Source: Gemmatimonadota bacterium (GTDB taxonomy: Bacteria > Gemmatimonadota > Gemmatimonadetes > Palauibacterales > Palauibacteraceae). Taken from it: a stretch of 64,000 nucleotides of DNA. This document shows positions 8,661 to 17,046 of the stretch, piece after piece. The translations under genes were made by a program, and so were the position numbers. The notes under the pieces were generated by a model. The model ran no database searches and had not been told where the DNA came from. It saw only the letters and a program-made list of their open reading frames with translations. The stretch covers positions 7,114 through 71,113 of the forward strand of contig JAWOIN010000069.1 in the NCBI GenBank assembly GCA_046484665.1, given 5' to 3'. How positions within the stretch are numbered: the first letter of the stretch is position 1; every line of letters begins with the position of its first letter.

Positions 8661-8967
8661 GAAGCAGCCCAGAGTGCGTGAGCCCGTCCCGGAGTTCCGC
8701 TCCGAGGAAGAGGAGCGGGAGTTCTGGGCCGAGCACGACGTGGTCAACTACTTCGACTGGGAGAACTCCGTTCCGGGCTCGTTCCCCGCTCTCAAGCCCT
8801 CGACCCAGACGATCTCGCTCCGGCTGCCCAAGGCGCTCCTGGAGGACCTCAAGGCGCTCGCCAACGAACGCGATGTCCCCTACCAGAGCCTCCTCAAGGT
8901 CTACCTCGCCGAGCGCGTAGCCCGGGAGCGCGACCGCCGACGCCGACGCACCGAGGCTGACGTCTAA
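8647..8967 (+). CDS. brnA: BrnA-family antitoxin (CopG-like)
   Basis: EEEEREFWAEHDVVNYFDWEN...ISLRLPKALLEDLKALANERDVPYQSLLKVYLAERV; TAA stop overlaps R''. Confidence 0.75.
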   Translation: MSKRKKQPRVREPVPEFRSEEEEREFWAEHDVVNYFDWENSVPGSFPALKPSTQTISLRLPKALLEDLKALANERDVPYQSLLKVYLAERVARERDRRRRRTEADV

Positions 8968-9048
8968 TCCGCGCCTGGAGCTGACACGGAGGGTGACGGT
9001 GGACAGACATGCTCGGTCGTCGCGCAGCCCGGGCGCTCACCGTTAGGC
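8962..9048 (+). repeat. attC site 6 (R'' GTCTAAT ... R' GTTAGGC 9042-9048)
   Basis: Core CGCCTGGAGCTGACACGG ... CGCGCAGCCCGGGCGCTCACC. Confidence 0.75.
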
Positions 9049-9088
9049 GGTACTGAAAGGTTCCCGCGGAAACGAGGGGCTAGCAACC

Positions 9089-9436
9089 TTGGCTCGCGAC
9101 CCAGTTGACGTGGCTCAGGCACAGTTGGATGCGTACAACGCAGGCGACCTTGAGGCATTTCTCGAGTGCTACGCCGAGGAAGCGCAGATCGAGGACGGCG
9201 ACGGGAACGTCCTCATGGGTGATCGCGAGGCGATGCGCTTCTTCTATGAGACGCTCTTCAGCCAGAGTCCGGATCTGCACTGTGAACTCCGGTCTCGGAT
9301 CGACGTCGGCCGCTTCGTTGTGGACGAGGAGTACGTGACCGGAGCGCACCTGGAGGGTCTCCCAACCGAGATCCACGCGGCCGTGGTCTATCGCATCGAA
9401 GACGGGTTCATCCGGCACGTCCGCTTCCTAGTGTAG
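9089..9436 (+). CDS. NTF2-like (SnoaL/ketosteroid isomerase-like) small protein, TTG start
   Basis: ORF track; LDAYNAGDLEAFLECYAEEA..VVYRIEDGFIRHVRFLV pattern typical of NTF2-fold family. Confidence 0.55.
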   Translation: MARDPVDVAQAQLDAYNAGDLEAFLECYAEEAQIEDGDGNVLMGDREAMRFFYETLFSQSPDLHCELRSRIDVGRFVVDEEYVTGAHLEGLPTEIHAAVVYRIEDGFIRHVRFLV

Positions 9437-9443
9437 GTGTACC

Positions 9444-9573
9444 GCCTAGCACGCGCCTGGAGCTGACGGCGCGCGTGCCTGGCACGAGAGGGGTTGACTG
9501 ACTTGGTTCAGATCACTGGCGCGGCGCGCTGCCGGGGCGGCGAATGCCGCAGCTCAGGCGCTCGCCGTTATGC
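9444..9573 (+). repeat. attC site 7, long form (R'' GCCTAGC 9444-9450 ... R' GTTATGC 9567-9573)
   Basis: Core ACGCGCCTGGAGCTGACGGCGCGC ... CGCAGCTCAGGCGCTCGCC; ~130 bp. Confidence 0.65.
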
Positions 9574-9878
9574 CGACTCCCCGCATGGATAAGGACGAAG
9601 CCAGGGCAATACTCGCCGAGTGCCTCGCTTCGTACCGGGCTATGACCTATCCAGAGCTCGCGTTGCGAGTCGACACCGTCGAGACCGCTGAGATCCGGGC
9701 TCCGTCCGGAGTGCAGTATCAGCTTGAAGTCCAGTTCTTCTGGGATTCCAAGCCGAATCACGAGGTCAGAGTTATCGGTTCGGTCGACGACGGGGGTTGG
9801 CGGGCTTTTGTTCCCCTGTCCGACGACTTCATCCTGGCGCCGGATGGCACCTTCGTAGGCGAGCAGCCAGCAGATTGA
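9570..9878 (+). CDS. hypothetical protein (cassette 8), ATG created inside R' box GTTATGC
   Basis: ORF track; no recognisable motif; coding GC3 bias. Confidence 0.45.
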   Translation: MPTPRMDKDEARAILAECLASYRAMTYPELALRVDTVETAEIRAPSGVQYQLEVQFFWDSKPNHEVRVIGSVDDGGWRAFVPLSDDFILAPDGTFVGEQPAD

Positions 9879-9879
9879 C

Positions 9880-9967
9880 AAGCGCTGGCAGCTGACGCGG
9901 ACTGCAGTTGTGGCGTCAGACGCGCCGGCGATCGTGGCTGCGCAGCGGAAGCGCAAGACCGTCAGTC
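9880..9967 (+). repeat. attC site 8, degenerate (GCTGGCAGCTGACGCGG ... GCTGCGCAGCGG ... R' GTCAGTC 9961-9967)
   Basis: Retains GCAGCTGACGCGG / CGCAGCGG halves of the family core; R'' not clear. Confidence 0.4.
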
Positions 9968-9980
9968 GGCTTGAGCGGAC

Positions 9981-10769
9981 ATGATGGACGCGGGAACCTG
10001 CGATCGGTGGTATCAGACGCCGCGCGGCCGGTGGATCGGGCAACGCGAGGTAGCGTTGCTCCTTGGAGAGCTGCAACTTCATCCGGGCGAATCGCTGCTC
10101 GATGTAGCGTGTGGCACCGGCTTCTTCACGCGTGCTCTTGCGTCCGCGATGGGAGCGCCGGTCACCGGCGTCGATATCAGCCCAGAATGCGTGGCGTATG
10201 CGCGTCGTCGAGACACGGACAAGGTGTCCTACGAGGTCGCCGACGCACGTGCCCTGCCTTACGGAGCCGCGAGCTTCGACGTCGTCGTGTCGATCGCGGC
10301 ACTGTGCTTAATCGAAGAGGAACGCGCCGCTGTCCGCGAGATGTGTCGCGTCGCGCGCCGCCGGGTAGCCATCGGTCTACTGAATCGCCGGAGCCTCCTT
10401 TGGCTCCGGAAGGGTAGGAACGGTGGCCGCGGAGGCTACCGCGGTGCTCGCTGGCACACGACCGGCGAGGCCGCGGACCTGCTCAAGGGTCTGCCGGTGC
10501 AGCTTTCTCGGGTGCGGACCGCCATACACCTTCCGGGTGACGGGCGAATCGCGCGGGTCATGGAGCGCCTATGGCCGCCGTGGCTCCACACCGGCGCGTT
10601 CATGCTCGTGGTGGCAGACGTTGCTGCGGTTACCGATGCGCCACCTGACAGCAGCGTGCAGCGGACGGCGCTTCGCGCTGTCGCTGATGCTGAGCGTCAG
10701 GCGGCGTACCTTGAAATGGTACGAGTCCGTATTCGAACCGCGACGACGCTGCCACCCGGGTCAGTGTGA
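9981..10769 (+). CDS. class I SAM-dependent methyltransferase
   Basis: [16 protein letters not shown]...VTGVDIS...FDVVVS motifs I-III. Confidence 0.75.
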   Translation: MMDAGTCDRWYQTPRGRWIGQREVALLLGELQLHPGESLLDVACGTGFFTRALASAMGAPVTGVDISPECVAYARRRDTDKVSYEVADARALPYGAASFDVVVSIAALCLIEEERAAVREMCRVARRRVAIGLLNRRSLLWLRKGRNGGRGGYRGARWHTTGEAADLLKGLPVQLSRVRTAIHLPGDGRIARVMERLWPPWLHTGAFMLVVADVAAVTDAPPDSSVQRTALRAVADAERQAAYLEMVRVRIRTATTLPPGSV

Positions 10770-10779
10770 GGAGGCGTCA

Positions 10780-11271
10780 ATGAGTCCGAAGAAGGCCACG
10801 CAGAAATCCGGCGAGAGCACCACCGCGATCAACAGGAAGTCCAAGGGATTCACGGACGAGGAACGAGCTGCAATGAAGGAGCGCGCCCAGGAGCTGAAGG
10901 CGGAAGCAAGCGGCGGCGCGCGCGCGAGCAAGAACAGGGCGGACGGCGAAAGAGACGTGCTCGCGAAGATCGCCGAGATGCGGGAACCGGATCGCGCCAT
11001 GGCCAAGCGGTTTCATGCTGTCATCCTGGCCAGCGCGCCGACGCTCTCGCCGAACACCTGGTACGGGATGCCCGCGTACGCCAAGGGCGGCAAGGTCGTC
11101 TGCTTCTTCCAAAGCGCGCAGAAGTTCAAATCGAGGTATGCGACGTTCGGCTTCAGTGACGAGGCGAATCTCGACGAAGGCGCCATGTGGCCGACCTCTT
11201 TCGCACTGAAGGACTTGACCGCCGCCGAAGAGGCGAGGATCGGCGCTCTCGTGAGGAGAGCGGTGAGCTGA
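10780..11271 (+). CDS. DUF1801 (YdhG-like) domain protein
   Basis: [32 protein letters not shown] typical DUF1801 core; ATG 10780 preceded by GAGGAGG. Confidence 0.7.
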   Translation: MSPKKATQKSGESTTAINRKSKGFTDEERAAMKERAQELKAEASGGARASKNRADGERDVLAKIAEMREPDRAMAKRFHAVILASAPTLSPNTWYGMPAYAKGGKVVCFFQSAQKFKSRYATFGFSDEANLDEGAMWPTSFALKDLTAAEEARIGALVRRAVS

Positions 11272-11542
11272 GGAGCGATCTCGGCATCGGGCCCCGACCA
11301 GGGGCCTTCGGTAGCTCCGACAGACCCGGCGATATCATTCTCACTGCTGAAAACGAGGATTCGGCATGGGCACGCCAGCCCATGCAATCGGTCGAGTAGC
11401 GTGAGGCAATCGGGAGAGCCGGCGTCACGGCACCGCCCGAAGTGGCGATGGCCGACCAGGTCCATCCGGTTCCGGCCTCACGGGTCCACGCTTTGGTCTG
11501 GCTTTGGCGGGAGCAGCGAGCGCCACCAGGGCAGTGAGCGCC

Positions 11543-11609
11543 GCCTGACCGGCGACTTCACCTGCCGACGGCCGCCCGGCAACCGCAGCTCCTTCGAGCA
11601 CAGGTGAGC
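11543..11609 (+). repeat. degenerate attC remnant (R''-like GCCTGAC ... CAGCTCCTTCGAGCACAGGTGAGCGG)
   Basis: Resembles 5' and 3' halves of array attCs (compare CAGCTCAGGCGCTCACCGTTAGGCGG). Confidence 0.3.
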
Positions 11610-11656
11610 GGCCCCGCTCGAAAGCCCCATTGCATCAGATGGGAGGACGCGCAGCG

Positions 11657-12169
11657 ATGGATTCGTCGGCACTCGAGTTCCTGCTTCGGTTCAATATCTG
11701 GGCGAACCGGCGTTTGTTGGATGCTATCGAGAGCCTGTCGGGAAACGCGGATCTGACTCCGATCCGAGACATGGTCGCGCACATTGTCGCGGCAGAGTGG
11801 ATCTGGATGGAACGGCTGGAGGGCGTCAGCCCGGGCGAAGTTCCGGCCTGGGTCGACGCAGAGGGACTGGAGCCCCTCCGGGAGCGGTTGGCGGTGGTCG
11901 AGACACGCAGAGCTGCCTTTCTGGAGACTCTGGATGAGAGCGGGACAAGGCGTGTGGTGGAGTTTCGGCTCCTCAACGGCAGTAGCGGAACGGCGGAAGT
12001 CTGGCAGCTGATGGTCCACGTCATCAATCACTCCACATATCATCGTGGGCAGCTGGCGAGACTGTTGCGCGAGGCCGGGGTGACCCCACCCACCACAGAC
12101 CTGATCTCCTTCTGTCCGGAGGGAGGCCAGTATCGGAGTCGAGAGTCGCGACGATCGGACTGCGAATGA
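11657..12169 (+). CDS. DinB-family protein (DinB_2)
   Basis: FNIWANRRLLDAIESL ... HVINHSTYHRGQLARLLREAG characteristic DinB C-terminus. Confidence 0.7.
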   Translation: MDSSALEFLLRFNIWANRRLLDAIESLSGNADLTPIRDMVAHIVAAEWIWMERLEGVSPGEVPAWVDAEGLEPLRERLAVVETRRAAFLETLDESGTRRVVEFRLLNGSSGTAEVWQLMVHVINHSTYHRGQLARLLREAGVTPPTTDLISFCPEGGQYRSRESRRSDCE

Positions 12170-12395
12170 TCGTCGTCCTGAATGGACCGCCTCGCATCGG
12201 AGAGGGGACGCTCGCAGAAGCGCTCGCCGAAAACATCGAGAAGTGCGCCACCTGCCGGGGGTCTGCGGCAGCAGAGCAGGAGTCGCGGGTCCGGAGCCGT
12301 TCGCCTTGCAGCCCGCCGCTCCGGGCAGGCATCATGCTCACGCAGCGGAACGGCATAGTCGGCAGATACGCGACAGCAGGGGAGGTCACTGCCGA

Positions 12396-12746
12396 ATGAA
12401 GAGCTACCTCCTTGTGCTGAACGAGGGCCCCTACGGAAACGAGCGTTCGTACAACGCGCTGCGTTTCGCCGCCGCGCTCCGCAAGCAGCCCGACGCGCTC
12501 GTGCGCGTCTTCCTGCTCGGCGAGGCCGCGTTCTGCGCCCTGAAGAACCAGGAAACGCCCCAAGGAATCTACAATATCGGACGGATGCTCCGGATCCTGA
12601 CGACTCACGGCGCCGTGGCCACGTGAGGCTCCTGCGCCAAGGCCCGCGGGATCGGGCCCGAGCAGCTCCTGGAGAAAGTGGAACTCGCGAGCATGGAGCA
12701 GCTGGCCGGCTGGGCTCACGAGAGCGATCAGGTTCTCGTGTTCTGA
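12396..12746 (+). CDS. DsrE/DsrF/YchN-like protein with in-frame TGA (12624-12626); candidate selenoprotein or nonsense pseudogene
   Basis: MKSYLLVLNEGPYGNERSYNALRFAAAL..HGAVAT-TGA-GSCAKARGIGPEQLLEKVELASMEQLAGWAHESDQVLVF; family-conserved C-terminus continues in same frame after TGA; GGAGG 8 nt upstream of ATG. Confidence 0.6.
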
Positions 12747-12756
12747 TTTCACCACG

Positions 12757-13743
12757 ATGTCCGGCACGGGACGCGAGCTGGCGCTCACCGCTTCATGGAG
12801 CCCCGGGCCCTTCGCATCCGATGCCTTCCATCCGCCGTTGCCAGCATGCAGCGGATTCTCCGCGCTCCCGGTGTCCACGGGAGTCGAGATGGAGCTCGAC
12901 ATGACGGAGGATTGCAAGCGAGCATCGGATCTGGCAGGTCGCTCGCGCGGGGGCTGGAAGCTGGCCCTCGGCGAGCTCGCCATCGTATCGCTCGGCGTCC
13001 TGATCGCTCTCTGGGCCGACCAGGCGATCCAGGCCCGCCAGGAGGCCGCCAGGGAGGTCGGTTACCTCGAGCGCCTCCAGACGGATGTGCGCGCGGACAT
13101 CCGCTCCCTGCGATTCAGCGCCGACCAGGCGCGGAACCGGCTCGCGATCACTCGGCAGGTCGATGCCTGGCTCCACGACCCGGACGGAAGGCCCGATCCC
13201 GACTCACTGGTCTTGAGCGCGCACTTCGCAGGCGTCACGTTCCCGCCCACGATCTCGACGTTCACGATCGACGAGCTGAGGTCCACGGGTGACCTCGGCC
13301 TCCTGCGGAATCAGGCGCTCAAGAGACAGATCGCCGACTACTACAACCAGATCGGCCTGCAGATCGACCGGTGGATCGCCTGGGGTGACGAGGGGCTCAC
13401 CGAGACGTACTTCCGCGAGCTGGCGTTCATCGTGGACCCTGAGCTCAGGATTCGGGCGGGCACGTTCGACCCGGCGCTGATGCAGCGCTTCCTGAGCGCC
13501 TCCGGCGGAGACGCGCCGTCCAGATACGCCGAGATCCAGGGAGCCGCACCGGAGATCGGAGCCACGCTCGCCGACGCGGACCGGATCCTCGGTCGGATGC
13601 GGGCGCGTCCGAACTACGAGGGCTATCTCCGCGACAGCATGTACTGGGCGCATCTGTCGGCCCAGCTGCTGGACGGCGTCGTCCTCACCGCCGAGGAGCT
13701 GGAGGCGACGATCGCGGAGGAGCTCGAGGCTCTCGGCCGATAG
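12757..13743 (+). CDS. hypothetical membrane-anchored protein, unknown function (start uncertain, possibly 12888/12900)
   Basis: ORF track; one TM (LALGELAIVSLGVLIALWA) then soluble domain; strong GC3 bias. Confidence 0.45.
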   Translation: MSGTGRELALTASWSPGPFASDAFHPPLPACSGFSALPVSTGVEMELDMTEDCKRASDLAGRSRGGWKLALGELAIVSLGVLIALWADQAIQARQEAAREVGYLERLQTDVRADIRSLRFSADQARNRLAITRQVDAWLHDPDGRPDPDSLVLSAHFAGVTFPPTISTFTIDELRSTGDLGLLRNQALKRQIADYYNQIGLQIDRWIAWGDEGLTETYFRELAFIVDPELRIRAGTFDPALMQRFLSASGGDAPSRYAEIQGAAPEIGATLADADRILGRMRARPNYEGYLRDSMYWAHLSAQLLDGVVLTAEELEATIAEELEALGR

Positions 13744-13790
13744 CGCCGCGAGCTCACCGATCACGGCCCCCTGTTCGCGCGAGCCGACCC

Positions 13791-14552
13791 GTGAGCCGAG
13801 AACGACGCGCCGTCCTCCCGGAGATGCCGCGACGGGCATGCGAGCGGCTTCGAGACGGGCTCGTGGAGATTCTGGGGCCGGACCTCGTCGGGCTCTGGGC
13901 GTACGGCGCCGAGACCCAGCCAGATCGCCCGGCACGCCTCGGGGATCTCGACGTCCACGCGGTCTTCGCGCGCCCGCCCGCGCCCGGCGTCGCCCGCGCG
14001 ATCGCAGCGCTGCAGTCCCGCTCCGCGCGTGAGTTCGGCGTCGAGTGGGACGCCTGGTACATCGCGGAGCACGACGCCCGGAGCGTAACGCCGCCCCGGC
14101 ACGTGCTGCAGCCACACCTCGTCGACGGCGCGTGGGCGCTGCACCGGGCCCACTGGTTGGCAGGGGCTTTCGTTTCCCTCCACGGCGCCGAGCCCCCGGA
14201 GCTCGTGCCGCCGCCTTCCTGGCCCGAGCTGCTGGATGCCCTGTGCCGGGAGCTCGCCTTCATCGCGAGCCTGCTCGGACGCGGGAGGGCTGGGACCGCC
14301 GAGATCGCCTACTGCGTGTGCAACGCGTGCCGGGTCCTCTACAGCGTGAAGCACCGGGACGTGGTCGTCTCGAAGCGGGCCGCCTCGAGCTGGGCTCTCG
14401 GGAGCGCCCCGGCCGCCTGGCGGCAGGCGATCGAAGCCGCGGTGCGGGTCTACGACGACGCGGAGGTCGGCGGTGATGATGCGGTACTCAGGTCGTCCGC
14501 CGCAGAAATCGTCACGGCGGTGGCGGAGCGGCTGTCCCGCGAGACGAGCTGA
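13791..14552 (+). CDS. nucleotidyltransferase-domain + DUF4111 protein (ANT(3'')/ANT(9) aminoglycoside adenylyltransferase-like)
   Basis: LVGLWAYGAETQPDRPARLGDLDVHAVF (NTase GS..D.D) and C-terminal ..VVSKRAASSWAL.. DUF4111-like motif. Confidence 0.6.
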   Translation: MSRERRAVLPEMPRRACERLRDGLVEILGPDLVGLWAYGAETQPDRPARLGDLDVHAVFARPPAPGVARAIAALQSRSAREFGVEWDAWYIAEHDARSVTPPRHVLQPHLVDGAWALHRAHWLAGAFVSLHGAEPPELVPPPSWPELLDALCRELAFIASLLGRGRAGTAEIAYCVCNACRVLYSVKHRDVVVSKRAASSWALGSAPAAWRQAIEAAVRVYDDAEVGGDDAVLRSSAAEIVTAVAERLSRETS

Positions 14553-14556
14553 GGAG

Positions 14557-15030
14557 TCAGCCTCGGCCGCCGAGCCGATTCCGCCTCCCGTCGACATTCG
14601 ACTCGATCCGCGAGCCGTCGGCGACGAGCGACGCCGGTTCCTCGGCCCGTCGCGCCAGCGCCAGCGAGCCCGCCGCGCAGGCCGCGCTCGCCAGCCCGAA
14701 CACGGCTCCGAGCCCGAGCAGGGCCGCGCCCCCGAGGCCCGCGGACAGGACGAAGACCGCCGCGAACAGCACGCCTCCGACCGCTCCCCACGCCGCGAAG
14801 CGCGGAATCGACATCTGCTCGAAGGTTCTCCGGCGCCCGACGAACCCCAGGACCCCGGAGAAGGACACGCCCGCGAGGAAGCCGAGCGCGCCGAATCCGA
14901 GCGGAAACGGGACGTCGGCGGCGTCGGGACCGACCACCAGGAGCAGGGCCATGCCCGCGCCGAACCAGGCCAGCGCCCAGGCCAGGCCTATCCCGAACGC
15001 GCCGCGGATCCGTCGCAGCCACTTCCTCAT
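14557..15030 (-). CDS. hypothetical polytopic membrane protein
   Basis: ORF track; Gly/Ala-rich hydrophobic helices. Confidence 0.4.
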   Translation of the reverse strand: MRKWLRRIRGAFGIGLAWALAWFGAGMALLLVVGPDAADVPFPLGFGALGFLAGVSFSGVLGFVGRRRTFEQMSIPRFAAWGAVGGVLFAAVFVLSAGLGGAALLGLGAVFGLASAACAAGSLALARRAEEPASLVADGSRIESNVDGRRNRLGGRG

Positions 15031-15109
15031 GCCTGCCTCCCCGTACGTTTCGACCTTCGACTCCGGGTGCCGTTGATCCAGTCCGACGGCCGCGGCGCGA
15101 CGTACGTCA

Positions 15110-16483
15110 TTACCGGAACCGGAACACCAGCGGGAAGATCACCACCACGATCCACGCCCACACGGCGTACACCGGAAGGAACGCCGTCTGCCACCGCTCG
15201 AGGGGCGCGAAGCCCGACCGCCTCCGCAGGAACCTCGCGTAGAGCACGGCGGACACACCCAGGTTCGCCACCAGGATCAGGTTCTCTCCCAGGGCCGCAA
15301 CCTTGTTCGGGCTGAAACCGAACGCGGAGATGCGCGCCACGATCGCCCACAGAGCCATCGCGTCCACCAGGAGGGCGGCGATCACGAGCACGAGCTGCAG
15401 GAGATCGAAGAAGCCGGGCTCCGCCCGGGGATCTCTCGCCGAGATGGAGTAGAGGAGCAGGCCCAGAACGAGGACGAGGAGCAGGTCGAAGCCGATGAGG
15501 ACCTCGCGCTCCACGGCGATCCCGGTTCCCGTCCACGCCATGGTGACCAGGAACGCCAGGAGCAGGAGCGTGAACAGGGGCGTGAACAGCAGGGTGAGCA
15601 CGGGCGCCATGTTCTCGATGACGCTCTGCTTGGCCTCCACCAGCCAACCCGCGACGATGACCGCTCCCGCGGCGCCACAGGGCAGGATCCAGGAATCCAG
15701 GAGCCGCTCCGCGTCCACGCCGATGGCGCTGAAGATGAACATGGTGAACATCATCAGGACGCCGCCGCCCAGGGCGATGAGGACGAAGTAGATGAACCAC
15801 TCCCCGGTGAAGCGCACGTAGTTCATGCGCTGCTCGTGGCTCCGCCAGGCTCCGCCGGCGTACCCGATCCCCACGGCCAGCCAGAGGGCGATAGGTAGAT
15901 GCAGGGCCGCGAGCACCTCCGTGCTTCCCCCGCGTGCGAACGGAAGGAGGTTCAGGGCCAGGGCGCCCGCCAGGAAGGGGACCGCCAGCCGCAGCAGGCC
16001 CGCGGAGTCCAGCCCCCGTTTCCACGCGAAGAACCCGGCGAGGAAAGGGAGGACGAGGAGGCCCGCGTTGCGGGCGTAGAAGGACGCCGCGGCCTCCGAG
16101 CCGTCGAGGCGCAGCCCGAACAGCTCGGGCACCTTGACGGCCAGCGCCGCGGCCACGGCCAGGCCCAGGGCCACCAGGGCCTCCCGGCTTCCGCTCGCCC
16201 CGCCCTCCTCGGCATCCGCCACCACCAGACGCTTCCACAGACGCTCCGAGTGCTCCCGCGCGAACTCCCGGGACAGCGTGTCGAGCTCACCGAGGCGCTT
16301 CACGCCGATGAGAAAGGCCTCCTCCTCGTCGAGCCCCGCCTCCTCGAGGTCGGCCACCTGGCTCCGGAGGTGGTCCTCGAGCTCGTCCACGTCCGCCGCG
16401 TCGATGGTCCGCCGTCGGCGCACCCAGGACCGCCATTCATGGATCCGTTCCTCGAGCACCGGCGCGCCTCCTTCGTGCGCCAT
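15110..16483 (-). CDS. polytopic membrane protein co-transcribed with PadR regulator
   Basis: ATG overlaps padR stop (TGATG); ~10 predicted TM helices; real start at internal Met of the 590-aa track ORF. Confidence 0.6.
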   Translation of the reverse strand: MAHEGGAPVLEERIHEWRSWVRRRRTIDAADVDELEDHLRSQVADLEEAGLDEEEAFLIGVKRLGELDTLSREFAREHSERLWKRLVVADAEEGGASGSREALVALGLAVAAALAVKVPELFGLRLDGSEAAASFYARNAGLLVLPFLAGFFAWKRGLDSAGLLRLAVPFLAGALALNLLPFARGGSTEVLAALHLPIALWLAVGIGYAGGAWRSHEQRMNYVRFTGEWFIYFVLIALGGGVLMMFTMFIFSAIGVDAERLLDSWILPCGAAGAVIVAGWLVEAKQSVIENMAPVLTLLFTPLFTLLLLAFLVTMAWTGTGIAVEREVLIGFDLLLVLVLGLLLYSISARDPRAEPGFFDLLQLVLVIAALLVDAMALWAIVARISAFGFSPNKVAALGENLILVANLGVSAVLYARFLRRRSGFAPLERWQTAFLPVYAVWAWIVVVIFPLVFRFR

Positions 16484-16836
16484 CAGGCCCCCTGCGGCGC
16501 TAGCTGGAACGACATGAATGGGGTCGAGCGGAGGGTCTCGCTCACGACCTTCCACTGCCGCTGCTGGTTCGCCAGCTCCTCGGAGCCCCGGTCGGTGATC
16601 CGGTAGTACTTCCGACGCCGGCCCGACTCTGACTTGCCCCAGGTGGCCTCGACCAGGCCGTTGCGCTCGAGGCGATGAAGGACCGGGTAGAGCATGCCGT
16701 CCGTCCACTGCAGTTCCCCGCCGGACAGCTCGTCCACGCGCTTGATGATGGCGTAGCCGTAGCTCTCGCCCTCGCTGAGGATGGCCAGCACGAGGGGCGT
16801 GGCGGACGCGGCGACGAGGTCCTTGCCTATGTCCAT
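16483..16836 (-). CDS. padR: PadR-family transcriptional regulator
   Basis: LAILSEGESYGYAIIKRVDELSGGELQWTDGMLYPVLHRLERNGLVEATWGKSESGRRRKYYRITDRG. Confidence 0.8.
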   Translation of the reverse strand: MDIGKDLVAASATPLVLAILSEGESYGYAIIKRVDELSGGELQWTDGMLYPVLHRLERNGLVEATWGKSESGRRRKYYRITDRGSEELANQQRQWKVVSETLRSTPFMSFQLAPQGA

Positions 16837-16866
16837 GCCCGGCGGCACGTTCGGGAGGGTCTTCGT

Positions 16867-16906
16867 GCATACATAGAATCACTATACATAATAGGTCTAT
16901 GTATGC
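16867..16906. promoter_or_regulatory. 11-bp perfect inverted repeat GCATACATAGA-N18-TCTATGTATGC in AT-rich spacer upstream of padR; candidate PadR operator
   Basis: Seen in sequence; 30 nt upstream of padR start. Confidence 0.45.
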
Positions 16907-17046
16907 GCAAGTGAGCGTCGCGAGGGCGATTCCATCGACAGGCGCATTCGGGTGACGCGAGGCTACATTCGTTTGCGCCGGGAGCGCCGGTCATCGTCGC
17001 GATGTCACGCAAGCGCTGAGCGGCCGGGCGGCCGAGGAACCGAATC

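Noticed and set aside
4834-9967. Regularly spaced ~90-bp repeats could be taken for a CRISPR array
   Set aside because: Repeats are imperfect, of variable length (86-130 bp) and internally palindromic with R''/R' boxes. The intervening segments are 0.4-1.5-kb protein-coding genes, and an IntI gene is adjacent. This is an integron attC array, not CRISPR.
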